This document shows positions 29,163 to 38,368 of a stretch of DNA of 64,000 nucleotides, in pieces. The number at the start of each line of letters is the position of its first letter. The first letter of the stretch is position 1. The notes under the pieces were generated by a model. It saw nothing but the letters and a program-made list of their open reading frames with translations. It did not search any database and was not told the DNA's origin. The translations under genes and the position numbers were made by a program. Source of the DNA: an uncultured Candidatus Saccharibacteria bacterium (GTDB lineage Bacteria; Patescibacteriota; Minisyncoccia; Phycocordibacterales; UBA9973); NCBI GenBank assembly GCA_964450735.1, contig CAYVDC010000003.1, positions 40,342 to 104,341 on the forward strand, written 5' to 3'.

Positions 29163-29245
29163 TTTATTAATTAAAACCCTGTTCAGAAATGAATGGGGCT
29201 TTTTTATATAAAACAAAAATCCCCTTTCGGGGACTTTGGAATCGT

Positions 29246-29563
29246 TTAGACGATTGCTGAGATTTTGACTTGCACGTAAGGCTGCTTGTGGCCGTTTTTC
29301 TTGAAGTATCGTGACTTCTGTTTGTAGCGGATGACGGTTACTTTCTGTGCTCGGCCAGCTTTTTCAAAAATAGCTTCTACTTTTGCTCCGGTGATGTACG
29401 GTGTACCGATAGATGTATCAGTTCCGTTGTCCACCAAGAGGACCTTGTCGAATGTTACCTTGTCGCCCGCGGCAAAGTCGCCCTTAAGCTTCTCAATCTT
29501 GATTGAGTCGCCGACAGAGACCTTATATTGCTTTCCGCCTGTGTGTATTACTGCAAATTCCAT
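29246..29563 (-). CDS. rplU: 50S ribosomal protein L21
   Basis: MEFAVIHTGGKQYKVSVGDSIKIEKL...KVTVIRYKQKSRYFKKNGHKQPY is L21. I chose the internal Met at 29563 as the start. Confidence 0.85.
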   Translation of the reverse strand: MEFAVIHTGGKQYKVSVGDSIKIEKLKGDFAAGDKVTFDKVLLVDNGTDTSIGTPYITGAKVEAIFEKAGRAQKVTVIRYKQKSRYFKKNGHKQPYVQVKISAIV

Positions 29564-29622
29564 AACGTGAGCAATATTAGCGTAGTTTAAAGGAAAAGTC
29601 AAATCGTCGTGGCGGTAACCTT

Positions 29623-29731
29623 AAAAAGTAATGGCATGTGCAAATAGCTTCCTGCGGAACCACCCGCTTTCGGCAAGCAAAAGAGAGGGCTACTGGCCCT
29701 CGAAAGCAATTTGCACATGCCATTACTTTTT
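29623..29731. repeat. 109-nt structured element: perfect 23-bp inverted repeat enclosing nested hairpins
   Basis: AAAAAGTAATGGCATGTGCAAAT (29623-29645) is the exact reverse complement of 29709-29731. The inner stems are gctttcg/cgaaagc and agggc/gccct. It sits in the divergent intergenic region between rplU and the NRAMP gene. Confidence 0.5.
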
Positions 29732-29817
29732 AGGCTCACTCTTTTCTATAGTGGTAAATCACTAGCTCACCTGCTAGAATATCCCTATGAATAAAACTTC
29801 TAACGGCCTTTTTATAT

Positions 29818-31089
29818 ATGCTTAGCAACTTAGTTGGACGGACACGGACATATCTTCGAAAGCTTGGTCCGGGCTTGATTACTGGAGCTGCAGATGATGA
29901 TCCATCTGGCATTGCAACCTACTCACAAATCGGCGCACAGTACGGATTCAAATTCCTCTGGCTTTCAATTGTCAGTTTTCCGCTCATGGGATTCGTACAA
30001 GAAATGTGCGCTCGAATTGCGCTGGTTACCGGTAGAGGCTTGGCTGGTAATATTAAAAAGCATTATTCCAAAAGAGCTTTACATGCAGTTATCATTCTTT
30101 TGTTCTTTGCGAATACTTTGAATATCGGTGCTGACCTCGGTGTCATGGCGCAGGCAGTGGACCTGATCGTTCCGATCAATGCGACGCTCGTCATGATCAT
30201 TATCGGACTTTCGATTATCGTGCTTGAAATATTTCTTTCGTATCAGACGTACGCAAAATATTTGAAGTGGGTTACCCTTGCCCTCTTCACATATGTAATT
30301 ACCCTCTTTTTCGTAAAGCTTGATTGGGCTGCGGTTGCGTTCGGCACCTTTGTTCCGACATTTGCATTTACCAAAGAGGCGCTCCTCATCATCACTGCAG
30401 TGCTGGGTACTACTATTTCACCGTATCTCTTTTTTTGGCAGACATCGCAGGAAGTTGAAGAGCAGATATTGGAAGGCAAAGCTACTGTTGCTTCACGACA
30501 AGGAACAAATGCTCGCGAAATATCAATGATGCGTGCTGATGTGTGGACAGGAATGTTTTTCTCTAACCTCGTCATGTTCTGCATCATTGCAGTATGTGGA
30601 GCAACGCTCTACGCAAACGGAATCACTACTATCAATACCGCAGCTCAAGCGGCAAGTGCGCTTAAGCCATTTGCTGGAAACACGGCATATCTTCTTTTTG
30701 CGCTTGGAATCATTGGAACTGGCTTCCTCGCTATTCCTGTGCTCGCTGGATCAACATCATATGCTTTTGCTGAAAGCTTTGGCTGGAAAGAAGGCCTCTA
30801 TCGAAAATGGAGCAAGGCCCGCGCGTTTTATGGCGTTATTATCCTCTCGATTGGCTGCGGACTTTTGTTGAACTTCTTCAAGATTGATCCAATCAAGGCA
30901 TTGATCTATTCAGCGATCTTAAATGGAATTATTGCTCCGGTCATTATCTATTTCATTGTCAATCTTTCTAGTAACGGCCGCATCATGGGCGAATTCAAAA
31001 ATTCGCGATGGTACAAGATTGTCGGATATGCGGCATTCATTATTATGTTCCTCGCAAGTACGGCAACAATTATTTCATTTTTCTTCTAA
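29818..31089 (+). CDS. mntH: NRAMP-family divalent metal (Mn2+/Fe2+) transporter
   Basis: GPGLITGAADDDPSGIATYSQIGAQYGF matches the Nramp signature, and the protein has 11-12 TM helices. Confidence 0.75.
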   Translation: MLSNLVGRTRTYLRKLGPGLITGAADDDPSGIATYSQIGAQYGFKFLWLSIVSFPLMGFVQEMCARIALVTGRGLAGNIKKHYSKRALHAVIILLFFANTLNIGADLGVMAQAVDLIVPINATLVMIIIGLSIIVLEIFLSYQTYAKYLKWVTLALFTYVITLFFVKLDWAAVAFGTFVPTFAFTKEALLIITAVLGTTISPYLFFWQTSQEVEEQILEGKATVASRQGTNAREISMMRADVWTGMFFSNLVMFCIIAVCGATLYANGITTINTAAQAASALKPFAGNTAYLLFALGIIGTGFLAIPVLAGSTSYAFAESFGWKEGLYRKWSKARAFYGVIILSIGCGLLLNFFKIDPIKALIYSAILNGIIAPVIIYFIVNLSSNGRIMGEFKNSRWYKIVGYAAFIIMFLASTATIISFFF

Positions 31090-31111
31090 AGAACGATATA
31101 CTGTTTGATAT

Positions 31112-32023
31112 ATGATTTCAAAATGCATCTACAAAAAGAACACTTGGATCGACCTTGAATCTCCTACTCGAGAAGAAGTTGAAGCCCTCAAAGAAGAACT
31201 GGGGCTCCCAGATCTCGTTGCTGACGGACTTCGCTCTCCTGTCTTTCGAGCAAAAGTAAATCGCTACCCTAATTGCATTTATCTTGTCTTGCACTTCCCT
31301 TCATATTCCAAAAAAGCTGGAAGCGTTGTCGAACAAGAAGTCGATTTCGTGATTGGCAAAGATTTTGTGCTGACCGCTCACTATGAGCCAGTAAACGCAA
31401 TTACTGAGTTCTCGAAACTGTTTGAGATCAACTCTGCACTTGATCGCGGTATCGACATGAGCCATGCAGGATTCCTTTTCTATTTCATAATCGAGGAAAT
31501 GTACCGCTCTCTCGCAGTTGAGCTCGATACTATCAATGATTCAATTCATGATATTGAACGACACATTTTTGGCGGCAAAGAAAGCCAGATGGTTAGCGTT
31601 ATTTCAGCAGCAAACCGAACATTGGTTGATTTCAAGCAGACAATCCGTTTTCATAACGAAACACTGATTTCTCTCGAGCAGGCTGGAGTAGAATTTTTCG
31701 GAAAAGAGTTCGAGTATCAACTCTCAGCAGTTACTGGCGAGTACCGCAAGATCCAAAAAACAGTTGATGATCACAAAGAAATCCTCCGCGATCTTCGAGA
31801 GACCAATGATTCATTGTTGACCGCAAAAACAAACGATATCATCACCAAACTTACCATCATGAACTTCATCATGCTTCCGCTTGGCTTGATCACCTGGGTC
31901 TTTGCAATGGATACTGGCGAACCACTCTTGCCTACCAATACTGATTTCTTGATCGTTATTGGCGCGATGGCGCTTACTGGTATTGTTATGATTATTTACT
32001 TCAAGAACAAAAAATGGCTCTAA
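31112..32023 (+). CDS. corA: CorA-family Mg2+/Co2+ transporter
   Basis: Soluble N-terminal domain plus two C-terminal TM helices with a GMN-like motif (FAMDTG). Confidence 0.65.
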   Translation: MISKCIYKKNTWIDLESPTREEVEALKEELGLPDLVADGLRSPVFRAKVNRYPNCIYLVLHFPSYSKKAGSVVEQEVDFVIGKDFVLTAHYEPVNAITEFSKLFEINSALDRGIDMSHAGFLFYFIIEEMYRSLAVELDTINDSIHDIERHIFGGKESQMVSVISAANRTLVDFKQTIRFHNETLISLEQAGVEFFGKEFEYQLSAVTGEYRKIQKTVDDHKEILRDLRETNDSLLTAKTNDIITKLTIMNFIMLPLGLITWVFAMDTGEPLLPTNTDFLIVIGAMALTGIVMIIYFKNKKWL

Positions 32024-33384
32024 AACTCCACAACTCCCTTACTCGGTCGCTCGAAGAATTTGTTCCGATCAAAAAAGATCATGTCGGACTCTATACGTGC
32101 GGTCCTACTGTCTATAACTATCCGCATATCGGCAACTACCGGGCGTATCTTTTTACCGATACCTTGAAGCGCACGCTGCTCTATCTCGGCTATGAAGTAA
32201 ACCACATCATGAACATTACTGACATCGACGACAAGACGATTCGTGATTCACAAAAAGAAGGCAAAAGCCTTCTTGAGTTTACTGAGTTTTACACGCAGGA
32301 ATTTTACAAGGATCGTGATGCACTCAACATGATCCCCGCCGTGACATACACCAAGGCGACTGACTATGTTCCACAAATGGTGGCAATTATCGAAAAGCTA
32401 TTGGAAAAAGGTTTTGCGTACAAGAGCGATGATGGCAGCGTGTATTTTGATATTGCCAAAGACAAAGAATACGGCAAGCTTTCCCGACTCGATATGGACC
32501 AGCTTTCTACGAACGCTGCTGGCCGCATCAAAACTGACGAATATGAAAAGGAGAATGTGCAGGACTTTGCTCTCTGGAAGGCTTGGGATGCCGCTGACGG
32601 CGATGTGTTCTGGGAAACCAGCCTTGGTAAGGGTCGTCCTGGATGGCACATCGAATGCTCGGCTATGAGCATGGACAACCTTGGCCACCATTTTGATATT
32701 CACACCGGCGGAAAGGATAACATGTTCCCTCATCACGAGAATGAAATTGCACAGTCAGAGTGCTCGACTGGCGAGAAATTCGTGAACTACTGGCTTCACA
32801 ATGAATGGCTGCTCGTGGATGGAAAAAAGATGGCAAAATCTGCCGGTAATTTTTATACATTACGCGATGTTATAAAGGAAGGATTTGATCCGTTGGTATT
32901 CCGCTACCTGTCGCTTCAGACGCACTACCGAACCCCATTTAACTTTACCTGGGATGCTTTGAAGTCTGCACAAGTTGGGCTCGCGAGCTTGCATCAGTTC
33001 TATATGCTTTTGGGCGATGAGCCATATTCGTTGGTCAATGTGTCAGATGAATACAAGCAAAAATTCACTGAAGCGGTAAGCAATGATCTTAATACATCGC
33101 AAGCTTTGGCAATTGTTTCTGAACTCCGAAGTGATGCTGCACTTTCTGCTGCTGCCAAAAAAGCTACGCTCGTTGATTTTGACCGCGTACTCGGACTTGG
33201 ATTGATTGGTCTTGATGGCAAGCGAAGAATCCCTGAAAATATTCAAGCAATGATCGTGGAGCGCGATGAGGCTCGCAAGGCAAAAGACTGGCAAAAGAGC
33301 GACGCGCTTCGCGCGTCGCTCCAGGATGCTGGCTACAACGTCTACGACAACGCTGACGGAACTGTCGTTATGCCAAAAGTCTAA
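32014..33384 (+). CDS. cysS: cysteinyl-tRNA synthetase
   Basis: CGPTVYNYPHIGNYRAY (HIGH) and KMAKSAGN (KMSKS) motifs. Confidence 0.9.
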   Translation: MALKLHNSLTRSLEEFVPIKKDHVGLYTCGPTVYNYPHIGNYRAYLFTDTLKRTLLYLGYEVNHIMNITDIDDKTIRDSQKEGKSLLEFTEFYTQEFYKDRDALNMIPAVTYTKATDYVPQMVAIIEKLLEKGFAYKSDDGSVYFDIAKDKEYGKLSRLDMDQLSTNAAGRIKTDEYEKENVQDFALWKAWDAADGDVFWETSLGKGRPGWHIECSAMSMDNLGHHFDIHTGGKDNMFPHHENEIAQSECSTGEKFVNYWLHNEWLLVDGKKMAKSAGNFYTLRDVIKEGFDPLVFRYLSLQTHYRTPFNFTWDALKSAQVGLASLHQFYMLLGDEPYSLVNVSDEYKQKFTEAVSNDLNTSQALAIVSELRSDAALSAAAKKATLVDFDRVLGLGLIGLDGKRRIPENIQAMIVERDEARKAKDWQKSDALRASLQDAGYNVYDNADGTVVMPKV

Positions 33385-33425
33385 TAACCTTTGACTTTTT
33401 AATTTAAAGATGTTTAACTAGATTT

Positions 33426-33500
33426 ATGCAGCGGAAATTCCAAAACATGATGCCGATGATGAACAGCCCAAAAATCGGGGTTGCTTGTTGCATTGCATAA
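33426..33500 (+). CDS. candidate 24-aa Met-rich upstream ORF (MQRKFQNMMPMMNSPKIGVACCIA) in the leader of the DUF62-like gene
   Basis: Hand translation. It has four Met in five codons and is followed 36 nt later by an intrinsic terminator. It could be a chance ORF. Confidence 0.2.
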   Translation: MQRKFQNMMPMMNSPKIGVACCIA

Positions 33501-33535
33501 ATTGGAAACGCTCTCTAATCGATGAAATGTGAAAA

Positions 33536-33560
33536 ACAGCCCCGAAAGGGCTGTTTTTTG
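33536..33560 (+). terminator. rho-independent terminator/attenuator
   Basis: acagccc-gaaa-gggctgt followed by tttttt. Confidence 0.65.
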
Positions 33561-33581
33561 TTCATTTAAAACTAAAAAAGT

Positions 33582-34328
33582 ATGCAACTAACAATCATTT
33601 CAGATTGCCAAGACGACAACGCTCGTGGAAGGCAGTTGAGCCGTTATCAGGCTCTTTTGGGTACAGTAACGCCACTATTCATCGGGGCAAGCACCGACCT
33701 GCAGGCGCAAGGAGAACTCGTCGATGCAATCGATGCGCGCAAAGGCCAGCCGGCTATCATTGTGGTGAACGTTGCTCCGCGGGGCAACAAGGAAAAGTAT
33801 CCTAATGGTATTCCTTTCTCATTTCACAAATTGGGAGAGATAATCATCATCGGTACACCTAACTGTTTTTCGCTGGCAAAAAAACTTGGATTATTTTCTA
33901 AAACATTCCAAACGGATGTTTTAGAAGTATGCAGTAAGTTTCTTTCCAAACGAGAAGCGAAACGAATCGCTGAGTCGCAATTCAGGAGTTATGAGTATCT
34001 TCCGTACCTTGCCAAATGGATTTCCGAAGGTGAAGATATTCCATGCATTGAAAACAGTATAGAGAATTTCGGCGAAAAAGATTTTGTCTGGAGCGTTGAT
34101 TGTTTTGGCAATTGTAAAACAACTTCAACGAGAAAGTGGGTTGATTTGAGCAATTACACTTCACTCGACACTGATTACTTTGAAAGATTGGCTGATGTTC
34201 CTAAAAATCAAATTCCTGCGTTTGTTAAAGGAAGTTCCGGTTACAAAGGAAAACGCTTTTTGGAAGTTATGGTACAAGGCGGTTCAGCGAGCCAGCTTTT
34301 GGGTTTAAAAGTAGGAAGCGCAGTTTAG
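33582..34328 (+). CDS. SAM hydroxide adenosyltransferase-like (DUF62/fluorinase-fold) protein
   Basis: IISDCQDDNARG, AIIVVNVAPRGN and VDCFGNCKTT blocks parallel the DUF62 N- and C-domains. This is from memory; there is no database hit. Confidence 0.45.
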   Translation: MQLTIISDCQDDNARGRQLSRYQALLGTVTPLFIGASTDLQAQGELVDAIDARKGQPAIIVVNVAPRGNKEKYPNGIPFSFHKLGEIIIIGTPNCFSLAKKLGLFSKTFQTDVLEVCSKFLSKREAKRIAESQFRSYEYLPYLAKWISEGEDIPCIENSIENFGEKDFVWSVDCFGNCKTTSTRKWVDLSNYTSLDTDYFERLADVPKNQIPAFVKGSSGYKGKRFLEVMVQGGSASQLLGLKVGSAV

Positions 34329-34346
34329 ACGTGCGAATAAATAGCA

Positions 34347-34381
34347 TGAGAGCCTGGTATTTTTTACCAGGCTCTTTTTTA
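34347..34381. terminator. bidirectional intrinsic terminator
   Basis: gagagcctggta-tttttt-accaggctctc palindrome with T-runs on both sides. It sits between convergent genes. Confidence 0.65.
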
Positions 34382-34384
34382 TGC

Positions 34385-35269
34385 TTACAGTCCCTCTTCC
34401 TTTAATTTCTCCGCAGCCTTTTTTGCTTCCTTTGAAAGCTTCTCAGGCATTTTGATGCTGATAGTGAGGAGCAAGTCTCCGCGGCGTTTGCCGGCAGGGA
34501 CTCCTTTTTCTTTGACTCGAAGGATTTCGTTCGGCTGAATACCGACAGGAATTTTAACCGTCAGTTTTCCTTCAAGTGTTTCGATCTCATATGATCCGCC
34601 AAGCAATGAGTCTGAAAGTTTGATGACTAATGGTCGAACAAGATTTTGTCCGACTTTTCGATAGTGTGGATCAGGCTTTACTGATACTTGCACATGCAAG
34701 TCGCCAGTTGTTCCGCCGTCGATCATTTCGCCATATTCGCGCACACGAAGTGTTTCGCCATGCTCAATGCCTTCTGGGATTTTGACGGTTACTTCTTCGG
34801 CTTTGGTTTTTACGCCGATGCCTTTGAGTGAGATTTTCTTTTCAGTACCAAAAATAGATTCTTTGAATGTGAGTTCTACTGTCGCATTTATATTACGTCC
34901 TTTTGGAGTTCGCTGTCGTGCCCCGCCGCCAAAAAATGAGCTGAAGATGTCGCCCAAGTCATCGCCGCCGCCCTGCTGGAAACCAGAAAAATCGAACCCA
35001 AAGTCATTTGGATTGAATCCTCCCTGGAAGCCGCCATATTGTCCGCCTCCACCACCGCCAACACCCGCTTCCCCGAACTGGTCGTACTGCGCGCGCTTCT
35101 TTTCGTCTGAGAGGACTTGGTATGCTTCATTGACCTCTTTGAATTTGGTGTCGTCGCCTTTGTTTTTGTCTGGGTGATGTTGGTGGGCGAGCTTTCTGAA
35201 CGCCTTTTTAACCTCGTCCTGTGAGGCGTTCTTCTCTACTCCCAATACTTTGTAAAAATCTTTTGCCAT
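34385..35269 (-). CDS. DnaJ-class chaperone (J-domain, Gly-rich, DnaJ C-terminal domains; no CxxCxGxG zinc finger; CbpA-like)
   Basis: [11 protein letters not shown]...HHPDKN J-domain, a G/F-rich linker and a C-terminal substrate-binding region. Confidence 0.8.
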   Translation of the reverse strand: MAKDFYKVLGVEKNASQDEVKKAFRKLAHQHHPDKNKGDDTKFKEVNEAYQVLSDEKKRAQYDQFGEAGVGGGGGGQYGGFQGGFNPNDFGFDFSGFQQGGGDDLGDIFSSFFGGGARQRTPKGRNINATVELTFKESIFGTEKKISLKGIGVKTKAEEVTVKIPEGIEHGETLRVREYGEMIDGGTTGDLHVQVSVKPDPHYRKVGQNLVRPLVIKLSDSLLGGSYEIETLEGKLTVKIPVGIQPNEILRVKEKGVPAGKRRGDLLLTISIKMPEKLSKEAKKAAEKLKEEGL

Positions 35270-35393
35270 ATGTGTCATTATTATACGGTTCGACGAAAAT
35301 TCCGCAAGCGCGGAAAAAATGTAAAAAAAAGAGCACCAACTGAAACAGTCGGTGTCTTGTATTTTGAAATCTAGTGAAGGTAGTAAATAGTCG

Positions 35394-35849
35394 TTATTGC
35401 TCTAAATAAGCAACGGTTTGAGCAAGCATTGCTGAGATGTATTCAGTATGATTTTTGTGTAAACCTTGGGTGTACCATGGTTTATTTATCTCCTTGATTA
35501 ATATAATTATTTCAGGGTTGCAGTATCTACCGCTTTGTTTACTTTTTTTTGAAAGTTCAATTCTTACAATTTTGGTCTGTGTGTTTTGTGAAGTTATACA
35601 TTCCAATGTAAAAAGTGTTCCTTTTGCTGTATCTAAAACCGTTTTGTTTTTGTAATTAGAATAAAATTTCTCAATTACAGCAATGTTGGGGTCCATAATG
35701 GGTACCTCAGTAGTCATGGCTTCGATAGTTGCCACATTTTCCGGTGTTAGTGCAGCATTGGTGGTTACCACTTGCTGCTGAGCCTGCAGTAGATTTGCTG
35801 AAAAGCAAAGTGTAAATACGATTAGCAGTGTTGATGCGATTTTTTTCAT
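35394..35849 (-). CDS. hypothetical secreted protein
   Basis: Signal peptide [24 protein letters not shown] hairpin terminator lies downstream at about 35330-35365. Confidence 0.4.
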   Translation of the reverse strand: MKKIASTLLIVFTLCFSANLLQAQQQVVTTNAALTPENVATIEAMTTEVPIMDPNIAVIEKFYSNYKNKTVLDTAKGTLFTLECITSQNTQTKIVRIELSKKSKQSGRYCNPEIIILIKEINKPWYTQGLHKNHTEYISAMLAQTVAYLEQ

Positions 35850-36010
35850 AAAATATTTGTTAGTGATTGAATATCCAAATTGGCGGAAATCCGTCTGCTT
35901 GGATATTCAATCAGTTGTTTCAAAGAGATTTATTAAAACAATAACAAATAAGCCACTCTTGTCAAATATAAAAACCCCTTAAAATTAAGGGGTTTTTATA
36001 GATTTGGACG

Positions 36011-37372
36011 TTATTCCGAAAGTCGCTTGTCGATGCGGTTAATATCTCGTGGGAACGCTGTTCCTTCTTTGATATTAGCCAATCCGAGGAAACGTGAAGT
36101 GAGACGCTCAAGTCCCATTCCCAGTCCCCCGTGCGGAGGCAAACCGTATTTGAAAGCTTGCAGATAGAAGTCGAATTTTTGAGGATCGAGACCCTTCCAT
36201 TTCATCTTTTCAACAAGCTTCTCGTATCGGTGTTCGCGCTGGTTTCCAGAGATCAATTCAAGACCACGGAAGAGCAAGTCGTAACACTTTGTTCGTCCTT
36301 CAACATTTTCGTCATCCATTGCGTAGAATGGACGCTTGGTTCGAGGATAGTTGGTGATGAAGATGAAGTCAGAGTTGAATGTCTTCTTTGAATATTCGCA
36401 CAACCATCGTTCGTGTTCAGGATCAAGGTCAGGTTCGTTTCGGCAATCAACGCCGGTTTCCTTTGAAATAAGTTCCTGAGCTTCGGTGAGCTTCATCGAT
36501 GGGAACATTTCTGTTTCGCCAAGCAATGGGAATGTCGCGCCAACGAGTTCAAACTCTTTTGCACATGTTTCCTGAAGATGTTTCGTGACATATTTAAGCA
36601 ATCGGCTTTCGAGAAGCATAACATCTTCCGGTCCGTCGATGAATCCCATTTCCAAGTCGAGAGATGTGTATTCATTGAGGTGGCGAGTAGTCGCGTGCTT
36701 TTCAGCGCGAAATACGTTCGCAACAGTGAATACTCTTTCGAATACGCCAACCATCATCTGCTTGTAGAGCTGTGGGCTGGTTGCGAGATATGCAGTCTTG
36801 TCATAGAAGTAATCAAACTTGAACACTTCGGTGCCGCCTTCGGCATCTCCACCTACCATTGCTGGCGCGCGGAATTCAGTGAAGTTTTCGCTGACGAGAA
36901 ATTCTCGGAAAGCAGTGAGGATTTCTCCCTGCACTTTGAAGATCGCATGTTCGCGATCACGGCGAAGCGTGAGCGGTCGATTGTCGAGCAAAGTGTCGAG
37001 GTTCAATTCTGCATCAGATGAGAATGGAAGCTCCTGTGCTTCAACCATGACTTCGATGTTGAGGATCTCAAGTTCGATGTCGCCGTTGATAACTCCCTGC
37101 TTAACATTTCGCTCAGGTCGCTTGTTGACCTTGCCGGTAATTTTCAAAATCCATTCTGAACGGACTTTGCTTGCTGCTTCGACGACGCCTTCGTGCATTG
37201 GGAGTGCGACGCACTGTACTTTGCCCGACATGTCGCGGATGTCCATGAAGACCATTTTGCCTTGGTCTCGGCGGACGTCGACCCATCCTGCAATGATCAC
37301 TTCCTGATCGATGTGCTGGTTGAGGTCTTTTATAAGAATTCTTCCTGTCATAGGTAACTCTTGTAGAGACAT
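36011..37372 (-). CDS. aspS: aspartyl/asparaginyl-tRNA synthetase, type 2 (archaeal/eukaryotic-like class II). The start is uncertain (track TTG at 37399; Met codons near 37372 and 37351)
   Basis: N-terminal OB-fold anticodon-binding domain, class II motifs, and the GGLGMGLERL...FPRD C-terminus. Confidence 0.8.
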   Translation of the reverse strand: MSLQELPMTGRILIKDLNQHIDQEVIIAGWVDVRRDQGKMVFMDIRDMSGKVQCVALPMHEGVVEAASKVRSEWILKITGKVNKRPERNVKQGVINGDIELEILNIEVMVEAQELPFSSDAELNLDTLLDNRPLTLRRDREHAIFKVQGEILTAFREFLVSENFTEFRAPAMVGGDAEGGTEVFKFDYFYDKTAYLATSPQLYKQMMVGVFERVFTVANVFRAEKHATTRHLNEYTSLDLEMGFIDGPEDVMLLESRLLKYVTKHLQETCAKEFELVGATFPLLGETEMFPSMKLTEAQELISKETGVDCRNEPDLDPEHERWLCEYSKKTFNSDFIFITNYPRTKRPFYAMDDENVEGRTKCYDLLFRGLELISGNQREHRYEKLVEKMKWKGLDPQKFDFYLQAFKYGLPPHGGLGMGLERLTSRFLGLANIKEGTAFPRDINRIDKRLSE

Positions 37373-37382
37373 TTTCCAAAAG

Positions 37383-37620
37383 AAAAATCGCCTCTTCAAA
37401 TTAACTGTTAATTAATTTGCAGGGGCGATGTTTCATCGCGGTGCCACCCTACTTTTTCGACTCATTTATAGCTATATCGGGCAAACCCGCAAAGTTCTAC
37501 GCCCAGAATGGGTTTCTTCTTTGAGCCTCCCCCGTGTCAGCGGGATCGTTGGTATATAGATACTAGCAAGTGTCAAAGCCGAAAGCAAGCTTATGCTATA
37601 AGGGTTATTTCTATTGACAC
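37383..37620 (-). promoter_or_regulatory. T-box riboswitch leader of aspS with intrinsic terminator
   Basis: The - strand reads AGUAGGGUGGCACCGCG, matching the T-box consensus AAUUAGGGUGGNACCGCG. AGGG/CCCU (A1), GCGAUG/CAUCGC (A2) and a UGGCACC bulge form a textbook antiterminator. The terminator AUCGCCCCUGCAAAUUAA...UUAAUUUGAAGAGGCGAU plus UUUUUCUUUU ends 27 nt before the aspS ORF. Confidence 0.7.
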
Positions 37621-37641
37621 TAATATATAAATATGGTATAA
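37613..37641 (+). promoter_or_regulatory. consensus sigma70-type promoter
   Basis: TTGACA-17 nt-TATAAT, upstream of the lipoprotein gene at 37657. Confidence 0.55.
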
Positions 37642-37656
37642 TATACACAAGTTAGA

Positions 37657-38286
37657 TTGAATTCTTTTCCAAATATTGGTTTGGTTGCTAAAGCGGGATC
37701 GTCTCCCCTTTTGGTAACCAAATCAATCAATTCAGTTATGAAAACAAACATTATCATCGCAATCGCAGCCTTTTTGGTAACTCTTGCATCTTGCAGCAAA
37801 GAAAAAGAAATACTGCCGGCAAATGACCGCATCATCCTAACGCAAGCGCAGAAGGATTCACTATGGAATATCCATGTTGCGCCGAACGAAGTATGGCAGC
37901 TAAAAATAGTTGCTTCATACAAATCGCAAGGCAAAGTGGTTACTGAAACTTTTGCAGAAGGAGTTAGTGACAACGTTGGCAAAGTTGCTAACGGTACTGG
38001 CCCAAATGCAGAAAGAATAATTGGAAGGAATATCACATTCCCTTCCGGTAATCGCGTTATCTGCAATTTCTTAAATGATACAATTGGCACCGTGGGAACC
38101 GGACGTTTCTCTGGAACAATTCAAAATGGCAAATGGGCTGGACATGATTTTGGTATAAGCAATATTGAATACCGTGATGAAGATCATATTGTCTCTACAT
38201 CAGGATCATACGGTGGCGTATGCAACGGGCCTCAAGCCTTTACTATCATCCGCTTCGAGTGCATAAGAATTAAAAAAAGCTTCTAA
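37657..38286 (+). CDS. hypothetical lipoprotein (likely start MKTNIIIAIAAFLVTLASC at about 37738), a paralog of 50549..51070
   Basis: Lipobox LASC followed by SKEKEILP and a C-terminal C.GPQ...C motif shared with the 50549 ORF. Confidence 0.5.
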   Translation: MNSFPNIGLVAKAGSSPLLVTKSINSVMKTNIIIAIAAFLVTLASCSKEKEILPANDRIILTQAQKDSLWNIHVAPNEVWQLKIVASYKSQGKVVTETFAEGVSDNVGKVANGTGPNAERIIGRNITFPSGNRVICNFLNDTIGTVGTGRFSGTIQNGKWAGHDFGISNIEYRDEDHIVSTSGSYGGVCNGPQAFTIIRFECIRIKKSF

Positions 38287-38368
38287 GAGCTTTTATCTAA
38301 CATTATAGGAACCATTCATGTATTTGAATGGTTCCTTTTTTATTTCAAGTAATAAAAAAGGAGTCCCA

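Noticed and set aside
35330-35365. Inverted repeat CACCAACTG-aaa-CAGTCGGTG, considered as a CIRCE-like heat-shock operator near the DnaJ-like gene
   Set aside because: It does not match TTAGCACTC-N9-GAGTGCTAA. It is followed by a U-run on the - strand, fitting an intrinsic terminator for ORF 35394-35849.
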